A stretch of 64,000 nt of DNA from positions 15,376,001 through 15,440,000 of the forward strand of contig NC_043005.1 of assembly GCF_006345805.1 (NCBI RefSeq), written 5' to 3'. Under the pieces are notes generated by a model that saw only the letters and a list, made by a program, of their open reading frames with translations, had not been told where the DNA came from and searched no databases. This stretch comes from Octopus sinensis (Eukaryota). The translations under genes and the position numbers were made by a program. This document shows positions 52,045 to 64,000 of the stretch, in pieces; position 1 is the stretch's first letter; each line of letters opens with the position of its first letter.

Positions 52045-52278
52045 CTTATTTCTTTATTACCCACAAGGGGCTAAACATAGAGGGGACAAACAAGGACAGA
52101 CAAGGGGATAAAGTCGATTACATCACCCCAGTGCGTAACTGGTACTTAATTTATCGACCCCGAAAGGATGAAAGGTAAAGTCGACCTCGGCGGAATTTGA
52201 ACTCAGAACGTAACGGCAGACGAAATACCGGAAAGCACTTCGTCTGGCGTGCTAACATTTCTGCCAGCTCGCTGCCTT
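52045..52278 (-). mobile_element. SINE family 2
   Basis: Reverse complement of the family 2 head and core. Confidence 0.85.
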
Positions 52279-52670
52279 TGAATTTCTGCTCCCTCTGTAT
52301 GATCAACATGAGGTAGAGCCACTTTCTTATCCTAAAGTAGTCCACCACCAACAACAACAACCACTACAAGTCTTAATGTATCTAGGATTAAATTATTTAA
52401 CATGTATTTCGTGTTTTTAAAGATGGTAGTGGATGATATGAAGGGGATTTGGTTGCTGTTTACTGCAGATTAAGCTACTATATCAAGTCTCTCTTTTTGG
52501 CTTGATTTCTATTGAGTTGCATAATAAAGGGTTAAATGAGAGTGGAAAAGTATCCCCTCTTAGGTTGTTTCTATTTGATTAATCATCATTAAGTGTCTAA
52601 AGATTATTAAAATAAGTATACTCTCGTGTGTTCCTAAGCAATTAATATATTTTTTTTCTTATTTACCTAG

Positions 52671-52733
52671 AAATGGTGCCATTGGCCTGATGAATCCTTT
52701 GATGAGATGGAAAGTACTCTTGCAGTTCAACAG
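52671..52733 (+). CDS. MOB4: MOB4 coding exon 2 (KWCHWPDESFDEMESTLAVQQ)
   Basis: Acceptor tttttcttatttacctag, donor gtaatg; 63 nt, phase 0. WPDESFDEM.STLAVQQ is diagnostic of MOB4. Confidence 0.97.
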
Positions 52734-54201
52734 GTAATGTACTGATATATGTGTTAGTGTCTCTTATGCAAGACCTCTATTGGTGAAACTTTCTGAGTGA
52801 TTTGTTTACTAAACTGCAAGTGGAGCCATCTTCAAGCAGTCACACAGCCTGCTAGAACTAGCAACCACATTGCCTTAAATTACACCCTTCCATTCTTAAA
52901 AAAAGAGAAAGACACATTAAGATAATATAATCTTAGATATACAAACTGACAAAATGATCACTAGAACTCAGAACAGTATCTCTCATGTAATAGATAACTG
53001 AAAACCAAGGCTTCTGGTGTGTGCTGTATTGCAAACCCTTTAAATATATGCCAACATGGAAAAATTGCATAAAAGTAATGTAGGGTGATGGAGATGTTTG
53101 CTGATAGTGCTGATTCAATCATTTACAGACAGCATCCACTGATGCTTCTACATTAAAGAAGATAAAAACTATTTTTACTAGCTACAAAAAATTATATAAA
53201 TTCTGTAAACTGTACATCTTTATCAATAAACAAAGAAAAGTGTATGTATTCTTGTAGATATCAGTTTTTTCTTCCTTGCACAAAAATGACAAGTCAATAG
53301 ATTAATATTTTAAGAGTTAAAATACAAGATTATTAAATCCTTAATTAACTAATTGAAGTCACTTCTCTTTTACTTTTGTTCTGGCAACTCATTGACAAAT
53401 AGTTTATTTTTTTGTTATAATCTGTATACTAATAAAAGTGAAGTTCAATCTTGTTTGCTTGCAATGTTACACAGCCAAACTGGCACATAATGGGAAAATA
53501 CTATGAATTAAGTTGCCCCTGAAATGTTAATACGAATGTAATAAGACAAGTTTTACATAAACTGGAGCAGTAGTTATTGAGATATTTGGGGTTTGGGGGT
53601 ATAAATACCCAAAATTAGACACATGACTTCACAACTGAAAAAATACGGTTTGTTTTTTTAAAGAAAATGTTTCTATTTTCGCTTGTTAGGTGGTAGCAGG
53701 GCATGCAAGAAGTAACAGCCAAATCTTTCCTTTTCTAGGGATGGGAGCCGTTTATGCATGATTTCAATGTCACATTTATTGAAAGTATGCAAAATAACCT
53801 GGAAAAGTTTTTAAAAAAACCACAAAGCAAAACTCCATTGGTGGGAAACTCAGACTAGTTAACCTTAAAACTTGCTAATGCTTATTCATTGCTGCAATTC
53901 AGTAGTTAATTTTAGAAACAGAAATATTGACTCCAATTCAAAGTCATCTTAGTATCAAAACGATAATTATGAAAGGTTTAAAACTTGTATCTGAAACATA
54001 AACTGCAAGAAAATGAAATATGAACATGAAACTGTGCAAAAATGGATAACATCCATTGGAGCTCTATTTACTCTTGTTCGTTTGATTTAAATTGACAAAA
54101 TATGTTCAGTAAATCTATCACTAGGATTAAAAAAAAACAACTTTTAATCATTTAGAAAATAATTGATCTTGATGATCTTAGACATGATAAACACCATAAA
54201 A

Positions 54202-54470
54202 AACCACTACGCCATATGCCCATGGGCATATGGCGTAGTCGTTAAGAGTGTGGGCTACTAACCCCAAGATTCCGAGTTCAATTCCAGGCAGTAACCTGAA
54301 TAATAATAATAATAATAACTACAGCATCAAAGAATAACTTAGGAATGAGAACCCAGGATCGAAATTTCCCAAAGACACCTGATGAAGGCTGGAGAGTATA
54401 TTAACTAAAACATGTTAACAACAAAGATGAGGACAAATATCTGTCAAATGTAAATAATGTAAATAATGAT
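54202..54470 (+). mobile_element. tRNA-head element with (AAT)n, a Penelope-like hammerhead relic and a (gtaaataat)n tail; 5' inverted duplication
   Basis: Perfect 34-bp palindrome at 54206-54239; head tggcgtagtcgttaag...gggctactaacccc...gagttcaattcc; gacacCTGATGAaggctgg at ~54376-54394. Confidence 0.6.
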
Positions 54471-54689
54471 AAACACCAATTTGAGAGAAAAAATTGACAC
54501 AAATTTACTGCTGGATAATAGATACTGGGTTCAGATACCATCAGTGAGTGTGTTATTTTTTGCTTTAAACTACTGCTTATATCTAATGTCATTCACATTC
54601 TTTCCTTAGTAGTTATTTCTTTACTGATTTCTTGAAACTGGTTTATTTTTCATGTTTTGCTTCTAAACTCCTGTTGTTTTTCTCTACAG

Positions 54690-54790
54690 TTTATCCAACA
54701 ATCTATACGTAAAGATGTAACAAACATAGATGCCATCCTCACTCCCCCTGAAGGTCAAGAAGAAGGTGTGTGGAAATATGAGCATCTAAG
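54690..54790 (+). CDS. MOB4: MOB4 coding exon 3 ([34 protein letters not shown])
   Basis: Acceptor tttttctctacag, donor gtaaaa; 101 nt. [15 protein letters not shown] motif. Confidence 0.97.
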
Positions 54791-56079
54791 GTAAAAAACA
54801 TTATTGAATTATATGAAGTAATTCTGTAGATAATTTTTTTTTGTTAGAGAAAATTTGAATGTTTCTTTTCCTCATGTGTTGTGACATTTTAAAACACTTG
54901 TAGTATCTGATGTGTTGATATGTTTATACAGAAATGAGCAAGTAGTGAAACTAAAGAAAATCTTTCTTCCTTTGTTGTGGTTTTAGTAAAGGTGGGTTTC
55001 TTGTTACCATAAAAAAAATTCATTAATGATTACTTCAAATAATCTGCATTGTTGACCAGATTTAACAGGTTTTAATGTTTAAATTTCCCTTCGGTTTCCA
55101 TTATGGAATGTATTATCTTCCTGTTGATGATATTGGGAAAAATTCTAGTTTTTACATCTTATGAATCCTTCACTAACATCACATTGTTTGAAGGACACTA
55201 AGCCTAAAACAACACAGTTTAACACAACTGTTTGGTCTTTGGATGCTTTGAGATACATTCAATCTGTTGCAGTATTCAGATCAGACCCTGGTTCCTTCTC
55301 TGCTTATGTTTTCCCTGCAGATGTCTTAACAGGCATCGACTATATCAGACTGGTAAGTCCATGAAGGTCTGGCACAAGATATAAATTTGGAAGAGGTACA
55401 GTTGATTGAATCAATTCTGATATATTACTGGTTCTTTGTCGTTTTGAAATATTTTATCTATAAAATATGTTCTGGATTCTTAATTGGAATATTGGCTGAG
55501 AAATTCAATTGGCCTCCTCTTGTTGATTAGTTAAAGAGAGTGTTGCATGATCTGTCAACAAATATTTAAAGGGAGTGCAAATAATGTGGAATATTGGTTA
55601 GCTGAGAGTGCAGCACAGGTTTTATTCTTGATTGAGTGATTTTGTTTCACTTCACTCCTTACTCACTGTTACTAATCTGGAAAGGACATGATTAAATTCC
55701 TTCTGATACACCAAACAAAGGGAAAATGTTTACTGGTACACTGTAATCCAGTAAGGGTTACAGAACAACAAATGAGATCTAAGAGATGGTATACACATGT
55801 GTATGGTATGGTCATCAATCTTTACTTTGCTCTGTGATGTTCTAAAAGATAGGCATTGTGTCAAAATAGGCTTCTACAGGAGGGTGTTTTTTTTTTTTTT
55901 TTTGAGAGATGTATCTGGGATGTGTTGTTTTTTGTTTTAGACCTTTTGATATCAAGCTACCTAAAGACTGCTTTGGTTTTATGATACAAATTTTCTGTTT
56001 AAAAGTGATTTAAATTAAAATCTTCCACTGAAATTTCTTGTTAATTTCAATATTTGAAACACCATGTTAATAATACAAA

Positions 56080-56820
56080 GATGGTGAGGAAGTGCCAGGG
56101 CATACTCACAAGGGAAGGGGGTCAGTATATAAATGGGATGGTAGAATAGAGCAAGAGAGATAGATGGTAGCGAAATGCCTGGGAATACCCTTAAGGTATG
56201 GGTACCAGAATATAAATGGCAGAGTATTGCCAAAGGTGCAGGAGTAGGGAGTAGAGACTTCACATGGATGCAAAGAGTGTGAGGGTGGGGATTGCAATGA
56301 CTGGTGAAATCTGGGTATATAGAGGGGGTGGGGGACTACAGAGCAATGAGGACAGGATTGGGGGATGGGATTAGCATAGTGCATAAAAAGAGAAAATGTG
56401 AGGAACAGAAGGGATGTGGTTTGGTTTGTTGGGGTAGAGTGTGAAAAGTTTTATTGTTATATGTGGGTGGAGCACACAGTGTTTCTAGAACTCAGTTTTG
56501 GTGAAGTAGGCAGTCCGTTGTCATCTCCTCCAGGAGGCCCAGTAATAGCTCTCAGAACTTCTCCATCTTATTCTTATTTTAGAAATGTTACTTTCAGAAC
56601 ATCCTCTACCATTGCTAATTTGGTCACCTAGGTAACGGAAACGACCTACAACATCAAAAGAGCCTCCTGAGCATTTGAGAGAGTCTAATTCCCATGTATC
56701 CTTAGTGGATATTGTTCCTGCTTGTCTGTTAATCTACCTGTGATTCCACTACACCTCTTATGTGTCCATGGCTTACACTGGGTTCAGCGAATGGAATTAC
56801 TTCCAACTCTTTTCCTACAT
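56080..56820 (-). mobile_element. RTE-clade LINE relic
   Basis: TQCKPWTHKRCSGITG Cys-rich motif and a 3' UTR homologous to 62720-63100. Confidence 0.65.
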
Positions 56821-57624
56821 CTTGAGCAGAGCCACTTCAACTTAATAATATTTAGGAAACATGAGATGTAGAGTTGTGATAATGTGAATGGCAAAAACAG
56901 GACAGAGTAAGAGTAAATGCCAGACATGACCTAATTTTGTTTCTCTGTTCTGATTTCAAATCTGGTTGAGCTTGACTTTTTGCCTTGTACTAGGTTCTGT
57001 ATAGTAATTACTAGCCATTTTTGTTAGGTCAGAGTTGACCTAGTAATACACAACAACAACAGCTAGGGGTTAATTCAATTGACTTTGTGCCAATATCTCT
57101 GGCTCATTACTAATATGAAAAATCAGTATTTAGATAACATATACAAGAAGTATATTTGGAATGATAGAAGGAAAGGATGAATAATGTATGGATGTTTTTG
57201 AAACTGACATGTAAATGAAGATTATTATTATTATTATTATAATAAGATATTAACTGTTGGTCTTATTTTTCCTAGTCATATTGTTAGATTATAGTCAATC
57301 TTTAATTTAGAACCATGCCTTCCATGAGCTAATCTGTTGGGTAAATATTCTAAAAGTAAGATACTATCAACTGTGATGAGCAGTCTCTTGCCGAATATTC
57401 AGTTCTTTGTATTATTGATTGATGGGCCATTTGGTGTCTTAAGAGTTCTGAATTCAAATATGACTGAGGTTGACCATAGTTGCATTTGATTACGTTTATA
57501 TGTATCTTTGTATGTATTTGTCTGTATGAGCTGAGTGTATGTATGTATAGAATATAAAATGTGTGTGTTTTGTAACTTTATGGTTGAAGCTTCGTATAAG
57601 TGTAATATTTCATTTACATTGTAG

Positions 57625-57667
57625 GCAGTTCTGTATGGAGCTCAATGGACTTGCTGTTAAACTGCAG
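57625..57667 (+). CDS. MOB4: MOB4 coding exon 4 (QFCMELNGLAVKLQ)
   Basis: Acceptor catttacattgtag, donor gtaatt; 43 nt; phase compatible with exons 3 and 5. Confidence 0.97.
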
Positions 57668-58037
57668 GTAATTAAACATTTTATGATTTTAAATATCACT
57701 TTGAGCATTATTAATATCAGTCAGTTACCCAACTATTTTGTTTATTTCGTGGTTACCCATGGTACTATAAAAACCACAACTTCTGTAGACAGGAGATGTG
57801 GGTTTGTCTCTCATGGCAGTCTTTGACTCTTTTCATCCAAACGGGTTTTTCGACCCAATATGTACCTTCTATTATTTATAGCTTTATATGTACTGTAAGA
57901 ACCAATGTTTCAAAAAAGAATTATTTCACGTTCTCTCAAAAGTTTGTAAATTCTTATGGCATCAACAACATATTTATCTATTTATGTATTTACACACTAC
58001 TTATTGAGTCAATACATAATTTGAAAACTTGTTTCAG

Positions 58038-58124
58038 AATGAATGTAATCCAGATAGCTGTACCCAGATGACTGCCACAGAACAATGGATATTCCTGTGT
58101 GCTGCACATAAGACCCCAAAAGAG
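58038..58124 (+). CDS. MOB4: MOB4 coding exon 5 ([29 protein letters not shown])
   Basis: Acceptor cttgtttcag, donor gtatta; 87 nt. [17 protein letters not shown] contains the Mob1/phocein zinc-ligand motif. Confidence 0.97.
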
Positions 58125-58219
58125 GTATTATTCAAATTTCTTATATCAAAAAATTGTAATTGAAAATAATTCTTCAATGTTGCTAGTTCTTAACAGGTTG
58201 AGATAGTTGATACCTTCCA

Positions 58220-58271
<52 letters not shown>

Positions 58272-58574
58272 AATATTATAATAATTATATACATAATTAT
58301 AACAACGTATTGGTATTATGCTTCTCCACATGGTGAAAATAGATGCCAAATGATGCCAACATCACCTTAAAAAACACGGGCTGTAGTTGAGCAAAAAAAG
58401 AGAATGAATTAAACTTTTGGTTAAATGTGTACAAGATCTTGTTTCAAGCTTAAGGTAAAAAATTATACCTACTGCTATCTTTGGCACCGTTATTCCATAG
58501 TATAAATTTACAAGTATTTACATATATGTATATGAGTAACAACTTCATACAACAATATATATATATACATTTAG

Positions 58575-58800
58575 GGCAGTGAGCTGGTAGAATCGTTAGC
58601 ACAACGGGTGAAATGCTTAGTGGTATTTTGGCTGCCATTACGTTCTGAGTTCAAATTACTCTGAGGTTGACTTTGCCTTTCATTCTTTCGGGGTCATTTA
58701 AATAATTACCAGTTATGCACTGGGGTTCATGTAATCGACTTAATCCCTTTATCTGTCCTTGTTTGTCCCCTCTATGTTTAGCCCCCTTGTAGGCAATAAA
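58575..58800 (+). mobile_element. SINE family 2
   Basis: Family 2 head and core. Confidence 0.8.
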
Positions 58801-58919
58801 TAAGTATATATATACATTTACAAAAATATACAATTAAGTAGAATTTCCATCCTTCTCTTCAACCACGTGTTATATATCAAATGCAACTTTGATCAGGAGT
58901 GAAATTTTTTTCTGTATTA

Positions 58920-59165
58920 ATTATATAATAAAGGATAAAATCATTAATAATTTTATCAGGAAGCCAGCACAAAATTAAAAGCCTGAAAATTATATACATA
59001 ATTATAACAAGGGATCAACATTATGCCTCTCATGTTATAATGCCTCACCTTGTTATAATTATGTATATAATTATTATAATATTTGTAAAATTTACCTATA
59101 AGGTTTTTATTTTCGTGCTGGCCTCCTGATAAAATCATTAATGATGTTATCTGTTTTTATATAAT
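58920..59165. mobile_element. AT-rich fold-back MITE
   Basis: atcattaataattttatcaggaagccagcacaaaa vs ttttcgtgctggcctcctgataaaatcattaatgat; inner arms ataattataacaagg / ccttgttataattat. Confidence 0.7.
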
Positions 59166-59175
59166 TAATATACAT

Positions 59176-59265
<90 letters not shown>

Positions 59266-59480
59266 TCATCATCGTCGTTTAACTTCCGCTTTCCATGCTA
59301 GCATGGATTGGACGATTTTAACTGAGGGCTGGTGAACCAGATGGCTGCATCAGGCTCCAATCTTGATCTGGCAGAGTTTCTACAGATGGATGCCCTTCCT
59401 ATATATATATATATATCGCCAGTCCTCAGTCAACCCTCCAACCCATGTCAGCATGGAAAGCGGATGTTAAATGATGATGA

Positions 59481-59540
<60 letters not shown>

Positions 59541-59956
59541 GGCACAGACGTGGCTGTGGTAGGTGTGTGCATGGTTGTGTGATCAAGAAGTTTGTTTCCA
59601 AATCACATGGCTTCAAGTTCAGTCTCACTGTGTGCTCCTGGGCTGACCACAGCTTATGAGTGGATTTGATTGACAAAAACTCTACATATATATATTTGTT
59701 TGTGTGTGTGCGTGTACCCTTGTCTTGACATCATGTGAGGGTTGTAAATGAGCATCACCATCATACATTTGAGAAGTATAAATAACTTTAAACTTCTCCA
59801 GTATGAAATATTTTTTATTTATTTTTGATGTTTAGTGATTGATATGTGTTCTCTGTGAGTGTGTATTTTTTTTTCCAATATATTCTGTCTGGCCCAAGCA
59901 AGCATTGAAAAGTGGATGTTAAAAGTGGTGATGATGATTTTTTTATATATATGCGT

Positions 59957-60033
<77 letters not shown>

Positions 60034-60035
<2 letters not shown>

Positions 60036-60195
60036 CATATTTTAACATGTATAAGGAACCCCCAATTTTTTGGGTTTAAAATTTGGTAAAAAGGTTTTGT
60101 AAGGGTTTATGATACTATCCATGTATAAGAAATTGCCATATTTTTTAACCTAATTTTTGACAAAAATGGGTTCCTTATACACATTAAAATATAGT
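60034..60195. mobile_element. pogo/Tigger-type MITE
   Basis: TIRs accatattttaacatgtataaggaaccc / gggttccttatacacattaaaatatagt. Confidence 0.75.
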
Positions 60196-60731
60196 ATATA
60201 TCATTTAGCACTCATTTTTAATCATGGCATGGCTTGTATGGCTTAACAGGAGCTAGCAAGCCATAGGACTGACCCAAGCTCTATGACTGGATATGCTTCC
60301 TAATGCCATCCACTTTACAGACTAAACTGTGTACTTTTTATGTGGCACCAGCACCAGTGAGGTTACCAAGTAGCTTGCATGGCAAGACTCCTCAAATGAG
60401 GTGGAAGTATTATTGAGGGAAGTGGCTGTGTGCCAGGTGATAAAAGGTTAGAGTATGATAGAGGGATAGAAACAGGTGTCTTGCAGTAGAGGAGTGTTGG
60501 AGATGGTGGGGCAGGGAATGCAGTGAGTGAACTAGGATGGGAGGAGGAGGTTAGAAGATGAATTGCAAGAGAAAGGGACATGTCAGGGACAACTTGTGTG
60601 CAGGTAAACTCATGAGAATGCAAAAGGAGAGTGGTAGATAGAGGGGAGCGGAATGAAGTGAGTGGTGAAATTGGGTGGAGAGAGGGAGCGGCATTAGAGG
60701 GGAATGAGTTTTGAGTGAGAGGGCATAGATA

Positions 60732-61087
60732 TGAATGACATGCCTTTAGGACCTCATTTTTATTTAGCTCCTGTTTCACTACACGGTAGCAATTCTGTTT
60801 TTATACAAGCATTATGCTTTTCACTCTGAGGGAGAAGCCCTTTGTTACCAACAAAAGTAACAGCTCCTTGGACTTCCTCCAGTTATTTGCTTCTAGTAAC
60901 TACACTTTCAGAGAGGAGGATGCTCTGAGAGTGTAGTTACTGGAGTAAGTCCAAGGTGCTATTACTTTTGTTGGTAACAAAGGGCTTCTCCCTCAGAGTG
61001 AAAGGTATAATGCTTGTATAGAAACAGAATTGCTACCTTGTGAAACATGAGCTAAATAAAAATGAGGTCCTAAAGGCATGTCATTCA
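60732..61087. mobile_element. Near-perfect 356-bp fold-back element in MOB4 intron 5
   Basis: Arms of ~170 bp are reverse complements around a 9-nt loop (aggaggatg); one ~14-nt bulge in the left arm. Confidence 0.85.
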
Positions 61088-62141
61088 CTCACAACTCACC
61101 CCACCATCCAACTTTGCTCCTTCTCTGTATATGACATTTTAGATAATGAGAAAACTAATTTTGAAATTCTTTTTTGAGTATAAAGTGTCTTGTTCTAGAC
61201 TATACATACGCCAAGAAACCTAGAATGATGATTCTCAAGATTTTCAATCCAGTAGACAAACTGCTTTTGAACGCTTTAATATTCAAAACACAAGCGTAAT
61301 GGGTTCTTATAAGAATTAAAGAAGTTAATAACAATGGTTGTGTGTTAACAAGATTAGACACGACTAATTTGATCAAGTTCCTTTGTCTATGTGATGGTTA
61401 GATTTGGTTAATTTCAATAGTAAAAAGCTTAACTCTTAAAGAAAGTAAAATATTACATAGTAGTTTTCACATTGATAAAAATATTTGGTATAAAAAAATT
61501 TCTTAATTTTCTCACTATTATTTACTGTTTTTTCTTTTTGCCTTAAGAAAAGAATGGTTAAAGGTGTGTAAAATTAGACATCCAGTCCTATTATAAAGAC
61601 ATACATGGTATAATTTCTTTCCCAAACTGATATTGCAAACATTTGTAAGTTATCTCCCTTGACATCTCAGCCAATTTCAGTCGAATTATTTTAAATGGTC
61701 AAAACAATGAAATTATACAATCGCTGCTCATGGTATTAACCAGAATTTTGATTAAATGGAAAGAATATTTATCATATCTGGCAGTCAATTAGACAATATT
61801 TTTCTTCATAAGCGGATTTAATCCTTGTTCTCCGACTTCATCCACAATGACGCTTTGTGTTGCTTGTACCAATTTGTTCTCTCTCTTACTCCATCATCAT
61901 CTTCATCTCTTCCATTTTCGCTGTATTTTTTAAAACTTCTCGAATATTTAAAGCCAGCAAGAACATTCTCTTCACAACTAACTGTTTACCTGCAACAACA
62001 TAGTTTTTCCATTGACAACAACTTGTGACGGTAGTGAAAAGAAAATATTCTTTCAAAAAGTTCTTAGTTTCTTTACACACACACACACATATATATATAT
62101 TTACATACTGTAATAAATATAGCATTTTTATTTATTTCCAG

Positions 62142-62221
62142 TGTCCTGCTATTGACTACACAAGACATACATTAGATGGAGCTGCTTGTCTATTAAATAG
62201 CACTAAGTATTTTCCAAGCCG
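62142..62221 (+). CDS. MOB4: MOB4 coding exon 6 ([27 protein letters not shown]); the gene continues beyond the window
   Basis: Acceptor tttttatttatttccag, donor gtaagt; 80 nt. Near-identical to the MOB4 segment [27 protein letters not shown]. No further exon found before 64000. Confidence 0.97.
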
Positions 62222-62329
62222 GTAAGTCTCTAATCTTAATTATGTTTTTAGTAATCCTAAATAATGAACAATAATTGCTATGCTTTTGTTATTCAAAAGA
62301 AAAGTGTTTGATTGTAGATTTGAATGTTA

Positions 62330-63660
62330 TCCATCATTGCATTTAAATATTTGTATATAGTAGACTGGAGAGAGATGAAGGCAGTATGCTCTGTTGGATG
62401 TGCAACACCAATGAGTATGTACAATAAAGTGCAAATGTAATGAGCAAAAAATTGGGCATAAGAGGACTCAAATGTAGCATGCAAGAGAGAAGACTACATT
62501 GGTTTGGATATGTGATACATATGAATGAGGACAGCTGCATAAAAAAGTGCTGATCACTGAAAGTGGATGGTACCCACAGAAGAGAGAGACCCAGGAATAC
62601 ATAGGATGAAGTGATAAGGACTGATCTCAGGATGTTGGACCTCATGGAGGAAATGACAATGGACCGAGATGTGATATGAGGTTCTTGAGAAGATCCACCC
62701 ACGTCAGCGAAACTGACTTCTAGATGCACCCTATGTTCCACCCACACATAACAAGAAAGCTTTTCACACACTCTACCCCAACAAACCAAACTATATCTCT
62801 TCTCTTCCTCACATCTCTTTCATGCCCTATGCTTACCTTTCACTCTCCGATCCTGTCCTCACATCCTTCTTCACTGTATCATTACCTCTCAGTAGCTACC
62901 CCCTCTATATACCCAAGTTTTCATCACTCACTGCATTCCCCTCCCTCACTCTTTACTTATGCTTCTTTGGTAATGTCTTGCCACTTATATTATTACCTCT
63001 GTGCCTCAAGGGTATGCCTTGGCACTTTCCACCATCTATTTTTCTCTTTTACTCGACCATCCCATTTATATTCTGATCCCTGTTCCTTTTGAATGTGCCC
63101 AGCACTTTGCCATCATCTCTCTTGAGCTCTTGCTGTCTTCCACTCTCTCTCTCCTTCTGCTCTTCTCTTAGGCTGGGTAACCATGTATCTCCATTACAGC
63201 AGCACACCTGTATCTGTCTTTATTCCTGATCATTCTCTCTCTCTCTCTGGCCAGGTTAACCATATACCTCCTCTATAGCAAGACACCAGTTTCTGTCTCT
63301 CTGTCTTACTATGACCTTTCATCATCCGACACAAGATCACCTCCTCCAATACCCACTCTCCGCTCAAAGGATCTTTGTCTTGCAAATTACTTGGTGACCC
63401 TGCCAGTGCTGATGCCATGTAAAAAGCATCCCGTACACTTTGTAAAGTGGTTGGTATTTGGAAGGGCATCCAGCTGTAAAAACCTTACCAAAACTGACTT
63501 CACCTGTGCTTGGGCCATGTAAAAAGCACTCAGTCTACTCTACTGGGTGGTTGGTGTTAGGAAGAGCATCCAACTATAAAATCCCTGTCACTACACAAAT
63601 CACAGGAGTCCTGGGTGCTGGCTCCTGCCAATGGCCGACCTCCTTGTCAAACCCTTCCAA
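62330..63660 (+). mobile_element. RTE-clade LINE 3' relic (RT C-terminus, pyrimidine-rich 3' UTR, shared tail)
   Basis: KLGIRGLKCSMQERRLHWFGYVIHMNEDSCIKKC...GTHRRERPRNT*DEV, then gaagggcatccagctgtaaaa. Confidence 0.8.
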
Positions 63661-64000
63661 ACCTTGCAATGTCCACTGAATGCGGTATGTTAACAATTAT
63701 TTGATGATATTCCATTAAGTTTAAATAAGAAATCTTTGTATCAAGTCATTTGAGTTTAGCCAGCTCCTGCCTGGCCGGCTCCTGTCAAACCGTCCAACCC
63801 ATGCCAGCATGGAAGGCGGACATTAAACAATGATGATGATGATATTCCATTAATTTAAATAAGAAATCTTTGTATGCATGTCATGTTGAGTTTTCTAACA
63901 CCATTGCTAAAGCGGATTTATTCCAGTATTCCAAAGAGTAAACTGAAGTAAAATGATGCACCAGTGTTTCAAGCTAATGAAATAGTTGTTGGCCATACAA

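Noticed and set aside
62222-64000. MOB4 exon 7 (VSIKESSVAKLGSVCRR...)
   Set aside because: Not found in the window; the region is RTE relic, so the remaining exons are presumed to lie downstream.

Overview
AT-rich, repeat-dominated animal genomic DNA. The SINE, RTE and microsatellite landscape matches my recollection of Octopus (coleoid cephalopod) DNA; this is an inference, not a database hit. One protein-coding gene is firmly supported: MOB4/phocein on the + strand, with six GT-AG coding exons from 44869 to 62221 and the last exons beyond the window. Nearly all ORF-track entries are artefacts of microsatellites or SINEs. The rest is mostly mobile DNA: tRNA-head SINEs, RTE and Tx1-like LINE relics, Tc1/mariner, pogo and hAT relics, seven non-autonomous Helitrons plus a decayed Helitron helicase fragment, and several fold-back MITEs. 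The main leads are (1) three unrelated Penelope-like repeat families with hammerhead-ribozyme-like cores, one a 4-copy ~200-bp tandem array resembling a non-LTR retrozyme; (2) a TATA/CCAAT/GATA promoter and possible first exon on the - strand at ~36.4-36.9 kb whose downstream exons I could not identify; and (3) a Tx1-like element sitting in a GATA-type microsatellite. Repeat boundaries were read by eye and are approximate unless a TSD or terminus is quoted.
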